IMG/VR virus record: IMGVR_UViG_3300018080_000139 | Location: 31,868-95,867 of that record | DNA: 64,000 nucleotides | From: a virus | Direction: 5' to 3' (one strand) | Shown: positions 18,729-28,055 of the stretch, piece by piece | Numbering within the stretch: position 1 is the first letter of the stretch | How the letters are laid out: the number at the start of each line of letters is the position of its first letter | Translations under genes and position numbers: made by a program | The notes under the pieces: generated by a model | Told to the model about the DNA's origin: nothing | Seen by the model: the letters and a program-made list of their open reading frames with translations, nothing else | The model's database searches: none

Positions 18729-20597
18729 ATGGCCGAATACATTTCCCCGGGGGTCTACTCGCGCGAGATAGATCTCTCTCAGTACGCGCCGGCGCTCGCC
18801 ACCGCAATTTTCGCTGTAGTCGGAACGGCCCAGAAAGGCCCAGTGAACGACCCTACTCCGGTTACAAGCGCTCTGGAATTGCAAAACAAGTTCGGCGTGG
18901 GGGCGCTCACGCATTACGCCGTGTACGCGATGGAGCAGTACTTGCGAAATGGCCGTCAAGGGCTCTTTGTGCGCGTGACCGACGGGACGGAGTCGGCAGC
19001 CTCGAAAGCCGTCGCTGGGGCGGCGCAAATCGCGTTCTTCAAGGGGTTCAAAAACCTGTCCGGCGGAATCGACTTGAGCGTGCGCTATCGGATTCGCGTC
19101 ACCATCGACGGGAGCAGTCACGACATCAACCTGCGCGACAGCTACACCGGGGACCTCACCGACGTCCCGATCGAGCAGATAATCACGGCGATAAACAATA
19201 CGGTTGCTGGCGCCGCGGCGAAAGACAATCTCAATGCCTACCCAATAATCCGAGGTACGGTGGCGGGGGAGGCGTCGGGAGAGGTGACAATAGAGGCCTA
19301 CGCCGACCCCCTGACCGACGCCGGCCAGCATGTTTTCGGCGTGCCGTCCATCCCCTACACCGTCACTGGGATTGACGCCGAAGCGGCGGCTCTCACCGTG
19401 TACGCGGAGAGTCCGGGGACTTTCGCCAACGGCTTGCAAATCCGGATAGAGAACGGGACTACGACGGGGACCTTCAAGCTTTCGGTCTGGGACGTCCAAA
19501 GCAATCTGCTCGAGACCTACGACAACCTGACCAAAGCGAACGTGGAAAAGACGATAAACGGTGTCAGTGCTTACATCGTGGTGGACGACGAAGGGAACGA
19601 CAGCCTTCCGGACCCGGCGACTTACTTGGCGACCCCCCCGACTCCCGTCTCCTACTCTCTCGCCGGAGGGGCCGACGGAATTTCTACCATTTCAGACGCC
19701 GACTACATCGGGACCGTCACGGGCGGCGTGAAGACCGGGCTGAAAACGCTGAACAATCCGGAAATCATCGACGTCAACATCGTTGCCACTCCTGGGGTTT
19801 CCAGCGGCCCGGTCGTCCTGGAGCTGCTCGAGCTTTGCCGCTCCCGCGGCGATTGTCTCGCGATCGTCGACCCCCCGATGGGGCTCGACTACGACGACGT
19901 GATAGATTGGCACAACGGGAACGGGGCCTACGACGGCTTGCATCCCACGTTCAACTCGTCCTACGGGGCCACCTATTGGCCGTGGGTCGAGCAGTACGAC
20001 CCGAACGCCGAAGAGCGGGTTTTCACGCCACCGTCCGGCTGGGTGGCCGCTCAGATGGCCTTCACCGACTACCTGAACGATCCCTGGTATGCTCCGGCCG
20101 GCCTCACGCGGGGGCGGCTTAACACTGCCCTTCGGCTCGAAAAGCCTTCTCCCGATCTGGGACAGAGAGACTTTTTGTATGGCAATGGAAACGCCGTCAA
20201 CCCCATCGTCGACTTCCCGCGTGATGGGATCTTGATTTACGGCCAGCGCACCCTGCAGCGGACGGCGAGCGCGCTCGATCGAGTAAACGTCCGAAGGATG
20301 TTGCTCTTCGCGCGAAAGCTCATCGCTACCGTATCGCAGATACTCGTTTTCGAGCCGAATGACTCCACTTTGTGGCGTCGCGCGACGAATCTTATCAATC
20401 CGATTTTGAACAGAATCAAAGCCGGCCGTGGAATAGAAGAGTTTCAGGTGAGGATCGACTCCAGCACCAATCCGCCCGATGTCCGGAACAGAAACGAGAT
20501 GCACGGGAAACTCTTTATCATCCCGACAAAGGCCGCGGAAAAAATCGTACTCGATTTTGTGATTTTGCCCTCGGGGGCCGAATTCTCCGAAGGTTAA
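18729..20597 (+). CDS. Tail sheath protein (gp18 family)
   Basis: YISPGVYSREID, YWPW, PPSG, PWYAPAGLTRG, GQRTLQ...DRVNVRR, FEPND. Confidence 0.96.
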   Translation: MAEYISPGVYSREIDLSQYAPALATAIFAVVGTAQKGPVNDPTPVTSALELQNKFGVGALTHYAVYAMEQYLRNGRQGLFVRVTDGTESAASKAVAGAAQIAFFKGFKNLSGGIDLSVRYRIRVTIDGSSHDINLRDSYTGDLTDVPIEQIITAINNTVAGAAAKDNLNAYPIIRGTVAGEASGEVTIEAYADPLTDAGQHVFGVPSIPYTVTGIDAEAAALTVYAESPGTFANGLQIRIENGTTTGTFKLSVWDVQSNLLETYDNLTKANVEKTINGVSAYIVVDDEGNDSLPDPATYLATPPTPVSYSLAGGADGISTISDADYIGTVTGGVKTGLKTLNNPEIIDVNIVATPGVSSGPVVLELLELCRSRGDCLAIVDPPMGLDYDDVIDWHNGNGAYDGLHPTFNSSYGATYWPWVEQYDPNAEERVFTPPSGWVAAQMAFTDYLNDPWYAPAGLTRGRLNTALRLEKPSPDLGQRDFLYGNGNAVNPIVDFPRDGILIYGQRTLQRTASALDRVNVRRMLLFARKLIATVSQILVFEPNDSTLWRRATNLINPILNRIKAGRGIEEFQVRIDSSTNPPDVRNRNEMHGKLFIIPTKAAEKIVLDFVILPSGAEFSEG

Positions 20598-20608
20598 GGA
20601 GGTAAATT

Positions 20609-21190
20609 ATGCCTATAACTCCAATGACGAGCAATCATCTCGCCTCTCAGCTCGGAACCTTCGAGCCTCAGCGGCGAAACCACTATCAAATCCGATTTTT
20701 CTTGGGCAACTTCCTGGATGAGGAAATGCTCACACTCGGAATCGTCGGAGGCTTCATGCCGTCCGAGGGCAATGAGGAAATTCAGATCCCGCACAAGAAC
20801 GAAGACGTTTGGGTGGCCGGACGGCGAACGCTCGAAAGCGGAACGATCCGCGTTCGCGATTACGTCGACCGCGAAACGCTGGCGGCCATCCTCCGTTGGC
20901 GCCAGCAAGTCTACAATCCTTTGACGGGCGGCGTGGGCTTCGCAAGCCTCTACAAAAAATCCGGGGAAATTCTGCTCACGGCTCCGGATGGAATCAGCAA
21001 CGAACGCATTTGGCAACTTATCGGGTGCTGGCCGACGCAGGCGAACCCCGGGGAGCTGGCCGACGACCAGAACGATGTCGTCGTTGCCGACGTCACGATC
21101 CGATTCGACAAAGCCATTCCGCTTTTTGCAATCTCGGCGGAATCGAGTTTGGCCGCTTCGATTCCTTCGGTAGCCGGCGGCCTGGTCTAA
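20609..21190 (+). CDS. Tail tube protein (gp19 family)
   Basis: FEPQRRNHY, W.LIGCWP, TIRFD; follows sheath. Confidence 0.9.
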   Translation: MPITPMTSNHLASQLGTFEPQRRNHYQIRFFLGNFLDEEMLTLGIVGGFMPSEGNEEIQIPHKNEDVWVAGRRTLESGTIRVRDYVDRETLAAILRWRQQVYNPLTGGVGFASLYKKSGEILLTAPDGISNERIWQLIGCWPTQANPGELADDQNDVVVADVTIRFDKAIPLFAISAESSLAASIPSVAGGLV

Positions 21191-21215
21191 AAAGTAAACA
21201 GAAAGGAAGTCTGCC

Positions 21216-22007
21216 TTGGAAAATATACCTGAAAGTACTATCTTTGAGGACGTTGTCCTACCGTCTCGTGGTTATCTCTACAAGACGGACGCCGGGGAGC
21301 TGATAATTCCCGATGGCAAGATACGGATACATGCCATGACCGGCAAGGCGGAGAAAATCCTGTACGGAAGCGCCGGCGAAGGGAAAATAGACGCCTTGAT
21401 TCGACTCTGCACGACCCTTCCCGGCGCTCTCTCCCCAGCCGAATTGACGATGGGGGATCGAAATTACATCCTGGTAAAACTCCGAATACTCTCCTTGGGG
21501 GAGGCCTACCCGGTGCGCTGTCGTTGCGAATCTTGCCGAGAGCAATTCGCCTATCAGGTGGACCTGTCAAGGCTTGACGTGAACAGTTTCGGGGACGAAG
21601 CGGAGGCCGAACCGTTCAAAGTTACGTTACCTCTGAAAGGCTGCGAGGTGGGGTTTCGGCTTCTCCGCGGTCGGGATGAAGAGGTTGTCCGAAAGTTTCG
21701 CCGGCGGTGCCAGCTCGAGGGAAAGCAAGAAGGCGGAGGGGACGCTTACATCTTCTCACTTTCCCGCCGGATTGTGTCAGTAAACGGACACGCTTCCGAG
21801 GGGGCAGCATCCTTCGACTTCGTGGAAAACCTAGTGTCACGAGACTTGACAGCTTTTCGTCACGCATACGACGAAAAGAATGTCGGGGTGAACATGGAGC
21901 TGAAAGTGGTGTGCCCTTCGTGCTTGTACGAGTCCGAAGAGACACTTCCTTTCAGCGATGAGTTTTTTCGCCCAAAGCGTCGACATGTACCGGAGCGTGC
22001 TTTTTGA
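21216..22007 (+). CDS. Baseplate hub assembly/tail chaperone (T4 gp26-like)
   Basis: LPSRGYLY, GDRNYILVKLRILSLG, CxxC motifs, C-terminal EFFRP. Confidence 0.85.
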   Translation: MENIPESTIFEDVVLPSRGYLYKTDAGELIIPDGKIRIHAMTGKAEKILYGSAGEGKIDALIRLCTTLPGALSPAELTMGDRNYILVKLRILSLGEAYPVRCRCESCREQFAYQVDLSRLDVNSFGDEAEAEPFKVTLPLKGCEVGFRLLRGRDEEVVRKFRRRCQLEGKQEGGGDAYIFSLSRRIVSVNGHASEGAASFDFVENLVSRDLTAFRHAYDEKNVGVNMELKVVCPSCLYESEETLPFSDEFFRPKRRHVPERAF

Positions 22008-22164
22008 GCAGTTCAACCTGATCCACCATTCAGGTTTTGATTATGGATCTCTGGAGAACATGCCGACGCCCGAGCGCCGGTTTTTCCACAAAACGCTGGT
22101 CGACCTGCTCGAAAAACAGAAAAACGAAATTGAGCGGGCGGCCGCAAAAAGGAGCAAAGGGTAA
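21958..22164 (+). CDS. Small baseplate assembly protein (T4 gp51-like); start 21958 or 21985
   Basis: ENMPTPERRFF motif; between gp26-like gene and tape measure. Confidence 0.7.
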   Translation: MSFFAQSVDMYRSVLFEQFNLIHHSGFDYGSLENMPTPERRFFHKTLVDLLEKQKNEIERAAAKRSKG

Positions 22165-22168
22165 ATAG

Positions 22169-24304
22169 ATGCCTCGCGAGCATGATCTTGGATTTATGCT
22201 TTCCCTCAAAGACAACATGTCAAAATCCATAAAGGGGATCGAGGGAGCTATTGACGACCTGACGGAGTCCATCGAAAAGGCTGAAAGGCAGACGGAGAAG
22301 GACTTCGATGGTGTCGGCGGGGCAATCGAGAAGATGGGACGCAAACTCGAGGAGGGACATAAAGAGGCAAAGACATTTCGTGAGCGCTTATCGGGAGCGC
22401 GTAACAGTGTGCTTTCTGGCTTGAAGGACACTCGCGGCGGCATGTCAGACCTTGCCAATATGACCGACGACCTTATAACCTCGATGCGTTCGATTTTTTC
22501 GATCGAGGGTGCCGTGGGGATGGCTAACCGTTTTGTCGCGGCCGCCTCGACAGTCGAGGAAAGCCTTGTCGCGATGCACCGCCGAATCGACCTGATTGGG
22601 GAAACCAGGTCCGATGTGAGTGGTCTTACGGCAACCTTCGCGGACATGCGAGAAGAAGTCCTGGACGTGCAGAGGGAGCTTCGAATCGGGTTTGAGCGCA
22701 CCGACGCGCTCGTGCGAACGCTCTCGATCGACCAGATGCGCCTGGCGCGCGGGCCCATGCGCGAGTACATCGCATCCGTTTCAGCTTTGTCCTTTGCGAC
22801 CGAGCTTTCGGAGGGGGAAGCGGCAAATGCCTTACAAACATATCAAGTCTGGTACGGGGCCGAGGATGGCTTCCGCCAACTGTCCAACCAAATTCGGTTT
22901 CTCGCCGCGACAACGCGCATGTCCGCAAGCGAGGCCGTCGACGCGGCCCGCTCGTTTCAGGACGTGGCTCTTGCAATGGAAATGCGTGGGCGTGGGGGAA
23001 CAGGGCTTGCAGCGCAAATAAACACGATAACGGCGATGGTCCGGGAGACACGAGGGGACGTGTCCGAATACGCCGGGCTCATGACAAGACTCACGAGTCC
23101 GGACATGGCGACCATGCGCCAGGCCCGGGCGCAACTGCGGGCCTTCTTCCAGCAAGCGGGGATGACCGTAAATCTTGACGACCTGATAGACCGTCAGGGG
23201 GATCTCGTTGAAGTCTTTCTGCAGATGCAGGAGGCCACGCGCGCGCTCAGCCAAGACAGGTTCATGCTGCTCAACAAGTCCATGGAAGACCTGACAGGGG
23301 TCTCGGGCCGAAACCTCTTGCTGATGCGCCAATACGAAGGATCCCTCCGGGGGATTTCGGAGGAGTCTGCTGAGGCTGCAACCAGGACGGACGATCTCGA
23401 CGCCGCGGCGGAGAGGTCGCGGCAAACTCTCCGCGAGCAGGCGGACCAGATGCGCGCGGCCTTCGCGCCAATGATGGCCGAGCTGGGAGAAAACATCCGG
23501 GAAGTCGTCGTCTACATGGGGGACCATCTAATCCCTGTAATTTCTGAGATAGCTGATAATTTCTCTTCTGTCGATCGCTTTGTCGAGTCCATCGGCGCCG
23601 GTATCGACGCTTGGGCTGAAAAATATCCCGCGTTCGGGACGCACCTTGAGGGTCTAAAAGAAGTGTTGTCTTGGGCATGGGAGACAATACAGCAAATAGG
23701 GAGCTACCTTTCGGGGATTGGAGAGGACTTTGGGCATTACATAGAAGGTATAGAATCCGACATCGAGAGGATTCAGCACATTTTAGATGCATTGGTTGAG
23801 ACCTGGCACAGGATAAAGGCCTTTCTCGGCGCGGAAGACACCCAGCTTCGCGCGGATCTGCCTGAAAGCTTTCGCGAAGAAATACGTGGGATGACAACGG
23901 GAGAACTCCCGATGGGGGTGGGCCCTCACGAGTTCGAGCCTATGGCCGGCGGCGGAATAATCCGGCGCCCCCTCCTTCTTGGGGAGGGAGGAGAAGAAGC
24001 TGTAATCCCTTTTGACGACCTGGGAGCGCTTTTCGCGGATACGCTTGACACCATGAGCCGAAGCCGGGTCACGCGCGCGGCGGCCGAACACGTTCGCGCC
24101 GTGACGGCTCCCGCGGTCGTGCAGATGGGTGGAAGGTCGGCCGTTCCGTCGACGGGAACTCCGGCCGTCCGCCTCGATGCGCGCAAAGTCGTAAACGTGC
24201 TTCGTGAGCTTCTGGCTGAGGTAAAGCGGGGGGGCGGCCAGATGCGCGCCGGCAAAATTGAGATGTCCGACGAGGAAAAGCTCCTCTATCAGTGGGGGAT
24301 ATAA
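22169..24304 (+). CDS. Tape measure protein
   Basis: Long helical Ala/Glu/Arg-rich protein; C-terminal AGGGII...GEGGEEAVIP. Confidence 0.85.
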   Translation: MPREHDLGFMLSLKDNMSKSIKGIEGAIDDLTESIEKAERQTEKDFDGVGGAIEKMGRKLEEGHKEAKTFRERLSGARNSVLSGLKDTRGGMSDLANMTDDLITSMRSIFSIEGAVGMANRFVAAASTVEESLVAMHRRIDLIGETRSDVSGLTATFADMREEVLDVQRELRIGFERTDALVRTLSIDQMRLARGPMREYIASVSALSFATELSEGEAANALQTYQVWYGAEDGFRQLSNQIRFLAATTRMSASEAVDAARSFQDVALAMEMRGRGGTGLAAQINTITAMVRETRGDVSEYAGLMTRLTSPDMATMRQARAQLRAFFQQAGMTVNLDDLIDRQGDLVEVFLQMQEATRALSQDRFMLLNKSMEDLTGVSGRNLLLMRQYEGSLRGISEESAEAATRTDDLDAAAERSRQTLREQADQMRAAFAPMMAELGENIREVVVYMGDHLIPVISEIADNFSSVDRFVESIGAGIDAWAEKYPAFGTHLEGLKEVLSWAWETIQQIGSYLSGIGEDFGHYIEGIESDIERIQHILDALVETWHRIKAFLGAEDTQLRADLPESFREEIRGMTTGELPMGVGPHEFEPMAGGGIIRRPLLLGEGGEEAVIPFDDLGALFADTLDTMSRSRVTRAAAEHVRAVTAPAVVQMGGRSAVPSTGTPAVRLDARKVVNVLRELLAEVKRGGGQMRAGKIEMSDEEKLLYQWGI

Positions 24305-25020
24305 TGGCCGTACAAAACGCAGACGCCAGCCAACCAGAAATAGCGGACGCCTTTATCAAGATCGTTGTTCCCCCCAATCCACGCGATTTCGGAGTACAGC
24401 GAGACCAGCTTAATTTCACTTCGACCCCGATAATTTCTGGGGTGGCCTCGAACGCACAGTACATGAGCCAAGACGTATTCGGGGGGTCCGAGCCGATAAA
24501 GCTCTGGCAACATACGGGGATGAAAACTTTTGCGCTGGCGACTAAGTTTTTCGTGCAGAACAACCCACAAAGAGACGTGATAGATCGCGTGCGCTGGTGC
24601 GAGGCGCTGCAGTACCCTATTTCTGTCGAGGGGGGGTCGAACGCTTTTCACCCCCCGATCGTGCTTGTCCGGATAGGCTCGTGGTTTCGGGCCCGCTGCG
24701 TGGTTACTCAGGTTTCTTACGACCCGAATTTAATGGCTACTGTGGGGGATTTCCCTGGGAACACGCGATTTGATCGCCGGAACTTTTTCGATCTCCTCTC
24801 GGACGTCGTTTCCGGAGTCCAAAACCCGGAGGCGGCGCCGGCGCCCCTGGCGACATATCCGGTTTCGGTCGATGTGTCTTTGATGTTCGAGGTGACAACG
24901 CAGATCCTGAACCGCGCACAAGCGGACGCGAACGAGCAGGGGACTATGCAGCCGTCGCGTTACACTTTTCAAACGGTGGCCTCTGGCCTGCAGGGCTTCA
25001 ACCCGGAGGATATACGATGA
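24304..25020 (+). CDS. Tail tube initiator/baseplate junction protein (gp48/54-like)
   Basis: Position; LQYP....HPPIVLVRIG.WF. Confidence 0.7.
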   Translation: MAVQNADASQPEIADAFIKIVVPPNPRDFGVQRDQLNFTSTPIISGVASNAQYMSQDVFGGSEPIKLWQHTGMKTFALATKFFVQNNPQRDVIDRVRWCEALQYPISVEGGSNAFHPPIVLVRIGSWFRARCVVTQVSYDPNLMATVGDFPGNTRFDRRNFFDLLSDVVSGVQNPEAAPAPLATYPVSVDVSLMFEVTTQILNRAQADANEQGTMQPSRYTFQTVASGLQGFNPEDIR

Positions 25021-25367
25021 GCCGGCGCCTACTTCTAAGCGCAAACAGCAGGTATCAACTCACTCCGTATTTCTCGCGCCGAATCTCTGAGAAAACCCCA
25101 TCGACAGGAAGCGTCCAGTTTTTTGGAACCTTTGTAGCACCGGAAATATCTCCAGGAAACGACGACGCACTATACACCATGCGCGAAAGCGACAACGGCC
25201 GCCTCGATCTCGTAGCGTACAGGTATTATGGGACTTCGGAGCTGTGGTGGGTTATCGCGCTCGTGAACGGGATTGCTGATCCCCTGCAAGGGGTGGACGC
25301 CGGGACAGTCCTCACCATCCCCCGGCTTAAGAAAGTGTTTTCCGCGCTCACGGAAGGGGAGTTCTGA
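25017..25367 (+). CDS. LysM-like baseplate wedge protein (gp53/P2 X-like)
   Basis: RLDLVAYRYYGTSELWWVIALVN...GTVLTIP. Confidence 0.88.
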   Translation: MSRRLLLSANSRYQLTPYFSRRISEKTPSTGSVQFFGTFVAPEISPGNDDALYTMRESDNGRLDLVAYRYYGTSELWWVIALVNGIADPLQGVDAGTVLTIPRLKKVFSALTEGEF

Positions 25368-26575
25368 TGCCAAGGAGCTTGACGTCGCCGCCGGTCCTCG
25401 AGTATCGAATAGGAGACCAGGACGTGATTTCCCCGGCCAGCGTCGTTGAGAGTTTCGAATTCTCCTCTGTGATCTCGCCACCAGGGGCCGACGTCCACCA
25501 GGTGACGATAGCAAACCCGCAATTCCAGGGGTTCAACGCACAGCGGATACAAGAGCGCCAGGAGATCTCCTTTCGTTTTGGCTGGGCCGGCGAAATCGAC
25601 CGGGCCCCTATTCGGCGCGCGCTATTGGTCGACTACGACGTGGTTTTCGAAGGCAGAAGCTCACGACTTACAATCACGGGGGCGGACAAAAGCGTTGAGA
25701 TCAATAGGGGGACAAGAAACCAGGCCTACGTGGAAAAGCCTATATCCTCGATAGTGCAAGAAATTGCTGGACGAAACGGGGTCTCGGCCGACATAGAAGA
25801 AACGAGGGGGGCTTACACCCTACGGCAGGTTTGGATTTCGGACATCCAGTTCATAACTCGTGTCCTTCTCCCTAAAGCAATTTCGGCAAAAACCGGCCGG
25901 GGGGACTATGATTTGTATTTCGATGGCAAGGGGGTTCTGCACTTCCACCCCCCAAAGCTTGGAAATCAGGTCTACAAAAAGTACACCCTGAGCGACGGCG
26001 GGGGTCCGATCTCGAAATTTCGCGTGTTTTTCCGCGGTGAATACTCGAATGCGGCTGGGGGACTGTCAACGACGGCTTTCGGCTACGACCCCTTCGAGAA
26101 GCGGACATTGCAGTTCACGGCGCGGGACACGACGACGCGGGAGAAGGACCCCCAAGGAACAAAGTCGTTCCTTTTCAGCCTCCCGCGCGCGGCGACAGAT
26201 GGGAGGTTTTTGCACAACGGCTATCCGATCACTCAAAGCGGCGTCGAGAACGAGGCGAAAGCCCAATTTTACGCGGCGCACCGGAAACGGTATGGGGCTG
26301 TGGCGGTCATGACTGGGGACCCCTTTATCGAGCCCGGGAAGCAAGTCTCTATCCAGATCCCCACGGACGCTGGAGGGAGGTTCCACCTGCTCTCCGGCCG
26401 CTATCTCGTCGAAGGTGTGCGCCATCTGATCGACGCCGACAAATTCGTCTCGGTCTTGTCGCTCACGAAATCGGCTGCAGCCGACGGGGAGGAGACGGTT
26501 TCGGGCGTGCGTCCGGGAGTGATCCAAGAAGAGGTGACGAGCGCAACCGTGAGAGAGGCGGTGGAGTTGCCATGA
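25367..26575 (+). CDS. Baseplate hub (P2 gpD/gp27-like)
   Basis: FRFGW, ISSIVQEIA..NG, SDIQFI, GDPFIEPG, SGRYLV..VRH. Confidence 0.85.
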   Translation: MPRSLTSPPVLEYRIGDQDVISPASVVESFEFSSVISPPGADVHQVTIANPQFQGFNAQRIQERQEISFRFGWAGEIDRAPIRRALLVDYDVVFEGRSSRLTITGADKSVEINRGTRNQAYVEKPISSIVQEIAGRNGVSADIEETRGAYTLRQVWISDIQFITRVLLPKAISAKTGRGDYDLYFDGKGVLHFHPPKLGNQVYKKYTLSDGGGPISKFRVFFRGEYSNAAGGLSTTAFGYDPFEKRTLQFTARDTTTREKDPQGTKSFLFSLPRAATDGRFLHNGYPITQSGVENEAKAQFYAAHRKRYGAVAVMTGDPFIEPGKQVSIQIPTDAGGRFHLLSGRYLVEGVRHLIDADKFVSVLSLTKSAAADGEETVSGVRPGVIQEEVTSATVREAVELP

Positions 26576-27636
26576 TAGGTGGAAACACGAAGCCGGCCCG
26601 GTTCCAACGGGATCAGCAAGTATTCCCCGGGCTTTACCGGGCTTCGGTTGTCGACAACAACGACCCGGACCAACTTTGTCGGCTGAAAGTGAAAGTTTTC
26701 GACCTCTACCGGGACATCCCACCGGAAGGACTTCCGTGGGCATGGCCTTGCTACCCCGACGGCGGAGGAAACGACTACGGGCACGTTTTCATCCCGGAAA
26801 TCGGGTCCACAGTCTGGGTGATGTTCGAGCAGGGTAACGTCGACCGCCCGGTTTGGATGGGGACTTTTTACGGCTCCCCGGAGGGACAAAAAGAAACTCC
26901 GGCCGTTTTCCGGGGAGACCCCTCCGACCCGGCCGCTCAGGACTCGGAACCGCTGATCGACGAGCCATCATCCTGGGCGGCCGAATACCCGAAAAACCGA
27001 GGAATTCGCACGAAAAATGGAATCGTGATCGAGTACGACGACACGGACGGGGCCGAGAGGATTCACCTGTATCACCCCTCCGGATCGCACATGGAATTCC
27101 GGGCAAACGGTGATGTGGTTTTGCACGTCGTTGGAGACTATCACGTTGTAGTCGATGGCGATGTGGAGGAGTACTACAAACAGAATCACCACCAGGAAGT
27201 GGATGAGGACCAGTTAAAGGAAATCCACGGGAGTCGTGAGGAGACCATCGACGTCGACAAGACCCTCGAGGTTTTGGGGGAGAAGACCGAAGAGGTTGTG
27301 GGCCCCGTAACGCACCAGTATTTGAACACGTTGACAGAGACTGTCGTCTTACAGGTTCTGCAGAACTTCCTCAACACCTACACGCGCACGGTCACGCTCC
27401 CGGGAACCGAAAACTACCAGGCTACCTACACGCGCGCGGTCACGCTCGACGCGATCGAGACGTATTTGGCGAACTACACGAAAACCGTGAACCTGCAAAT
27501 ACTCGTGCAGTCTCTCCTGGATAACATTCGAATCACGAACGAGACCGCACCTGAGAAGAAAATTTTCATCACGGCGCACCCGGATTCGGGCCAGATTATC
27601 TTGTCGGCCGGCGGCGACACGTCGGTTATCGGATAA
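26572..27636 (+). CDS. Baseplate central spike (gp5/gpV/VgrG-like)
   Basis: VVDNNDP...RLKV, WAWP, PEIGSTVWVMFEQG...PVWMG, EYDDTDGAERIHLYHPSG, beta-helix repeats. Confidence 0.92.
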   Translation: MIGGNTKPARFQRDQQVFPGLYRASVVDNNDPDQLCRLKVKVFDLYRDIPPEGLPWAWPCYPDGGGNDYGHVFIPEIGSTVWVMFEQGNVDRPVWMGTFYGSPEGQKETPAVFRGDPSDPAAQDSEPLIDEPSSWAAEYPKNRGIRTKNGIVIEYDDTDGAERIHLYHPSGSHMEFRANGDVVLHVVGDYHVVVDGDVEEYYKQNHHQEVDEDQLKEIHGSREETIDVDKTLEVLGEKTEEVVGPVTHQYLNTLTETVVLQVLQNFLNTYTRTVTLPGTENYQATYTRAVTLDAIETYLANYTKTVNLQILVQSLLDNIRITNETAPEKKIFITAHPDSGQIILSAGGDTSVIG

Positions 27637-27645
27637 GGAGGCGAA

Positions 27646-28050
27646 ATGCCTACGATCCCCTCTATCCCTCAGCCGATAAAAAGGCGGACACGGGGGTATT
27701 TTTCCCCCCAGGACGGCCTGGCGACCATACGCGATTCCATCGTGACAATTCTCGTTACGAGGATCGGGGAGCGCGTCCACCTCCCGGAGTTCGGGTCTCG
27801 TCTCCACGAGCTGGTTTTCGAGCAGCAAGACGAGGCTTTTCAGGTCCTCGCCCAGGAGTATGTTTTCGAGGCGCTCAGGACGTGGGAGCCACGAATTGAT
27901 CTCATATCGGCCGTGGTGTCTTTTTCGAAACACAGGGAGCATACGGCCGAGCTGGCAATACAATTTCGTGTTCGCCAGCCAATCCCGGCTGAATCGAGCT
28001 TGACATTGGCAATCAACCGAGACACTGGATTTATTGAGTTAGGGAGGTAG
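27646..28050 (+). CDS. Baseplate wedge/sheath initiator (gp25 family)
   Basis: ILVTRIGERV..PEFGS.L..LVFE, WEPRI. Confidence 0.92.
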   Translation: MPTIPSIPQPIKRRTRGYFSPQDGLATIRDSIVTILVTRIGERVHLPEFGSRLHELVFEQQDEAFQVLAQEYVFEALRTWEPRIDLISAVVSFSKHREHTAELAIQFRVRQPIPAESSLTLAINRDTGFIELGR

Positions 28051-28055
28051 GAAAT

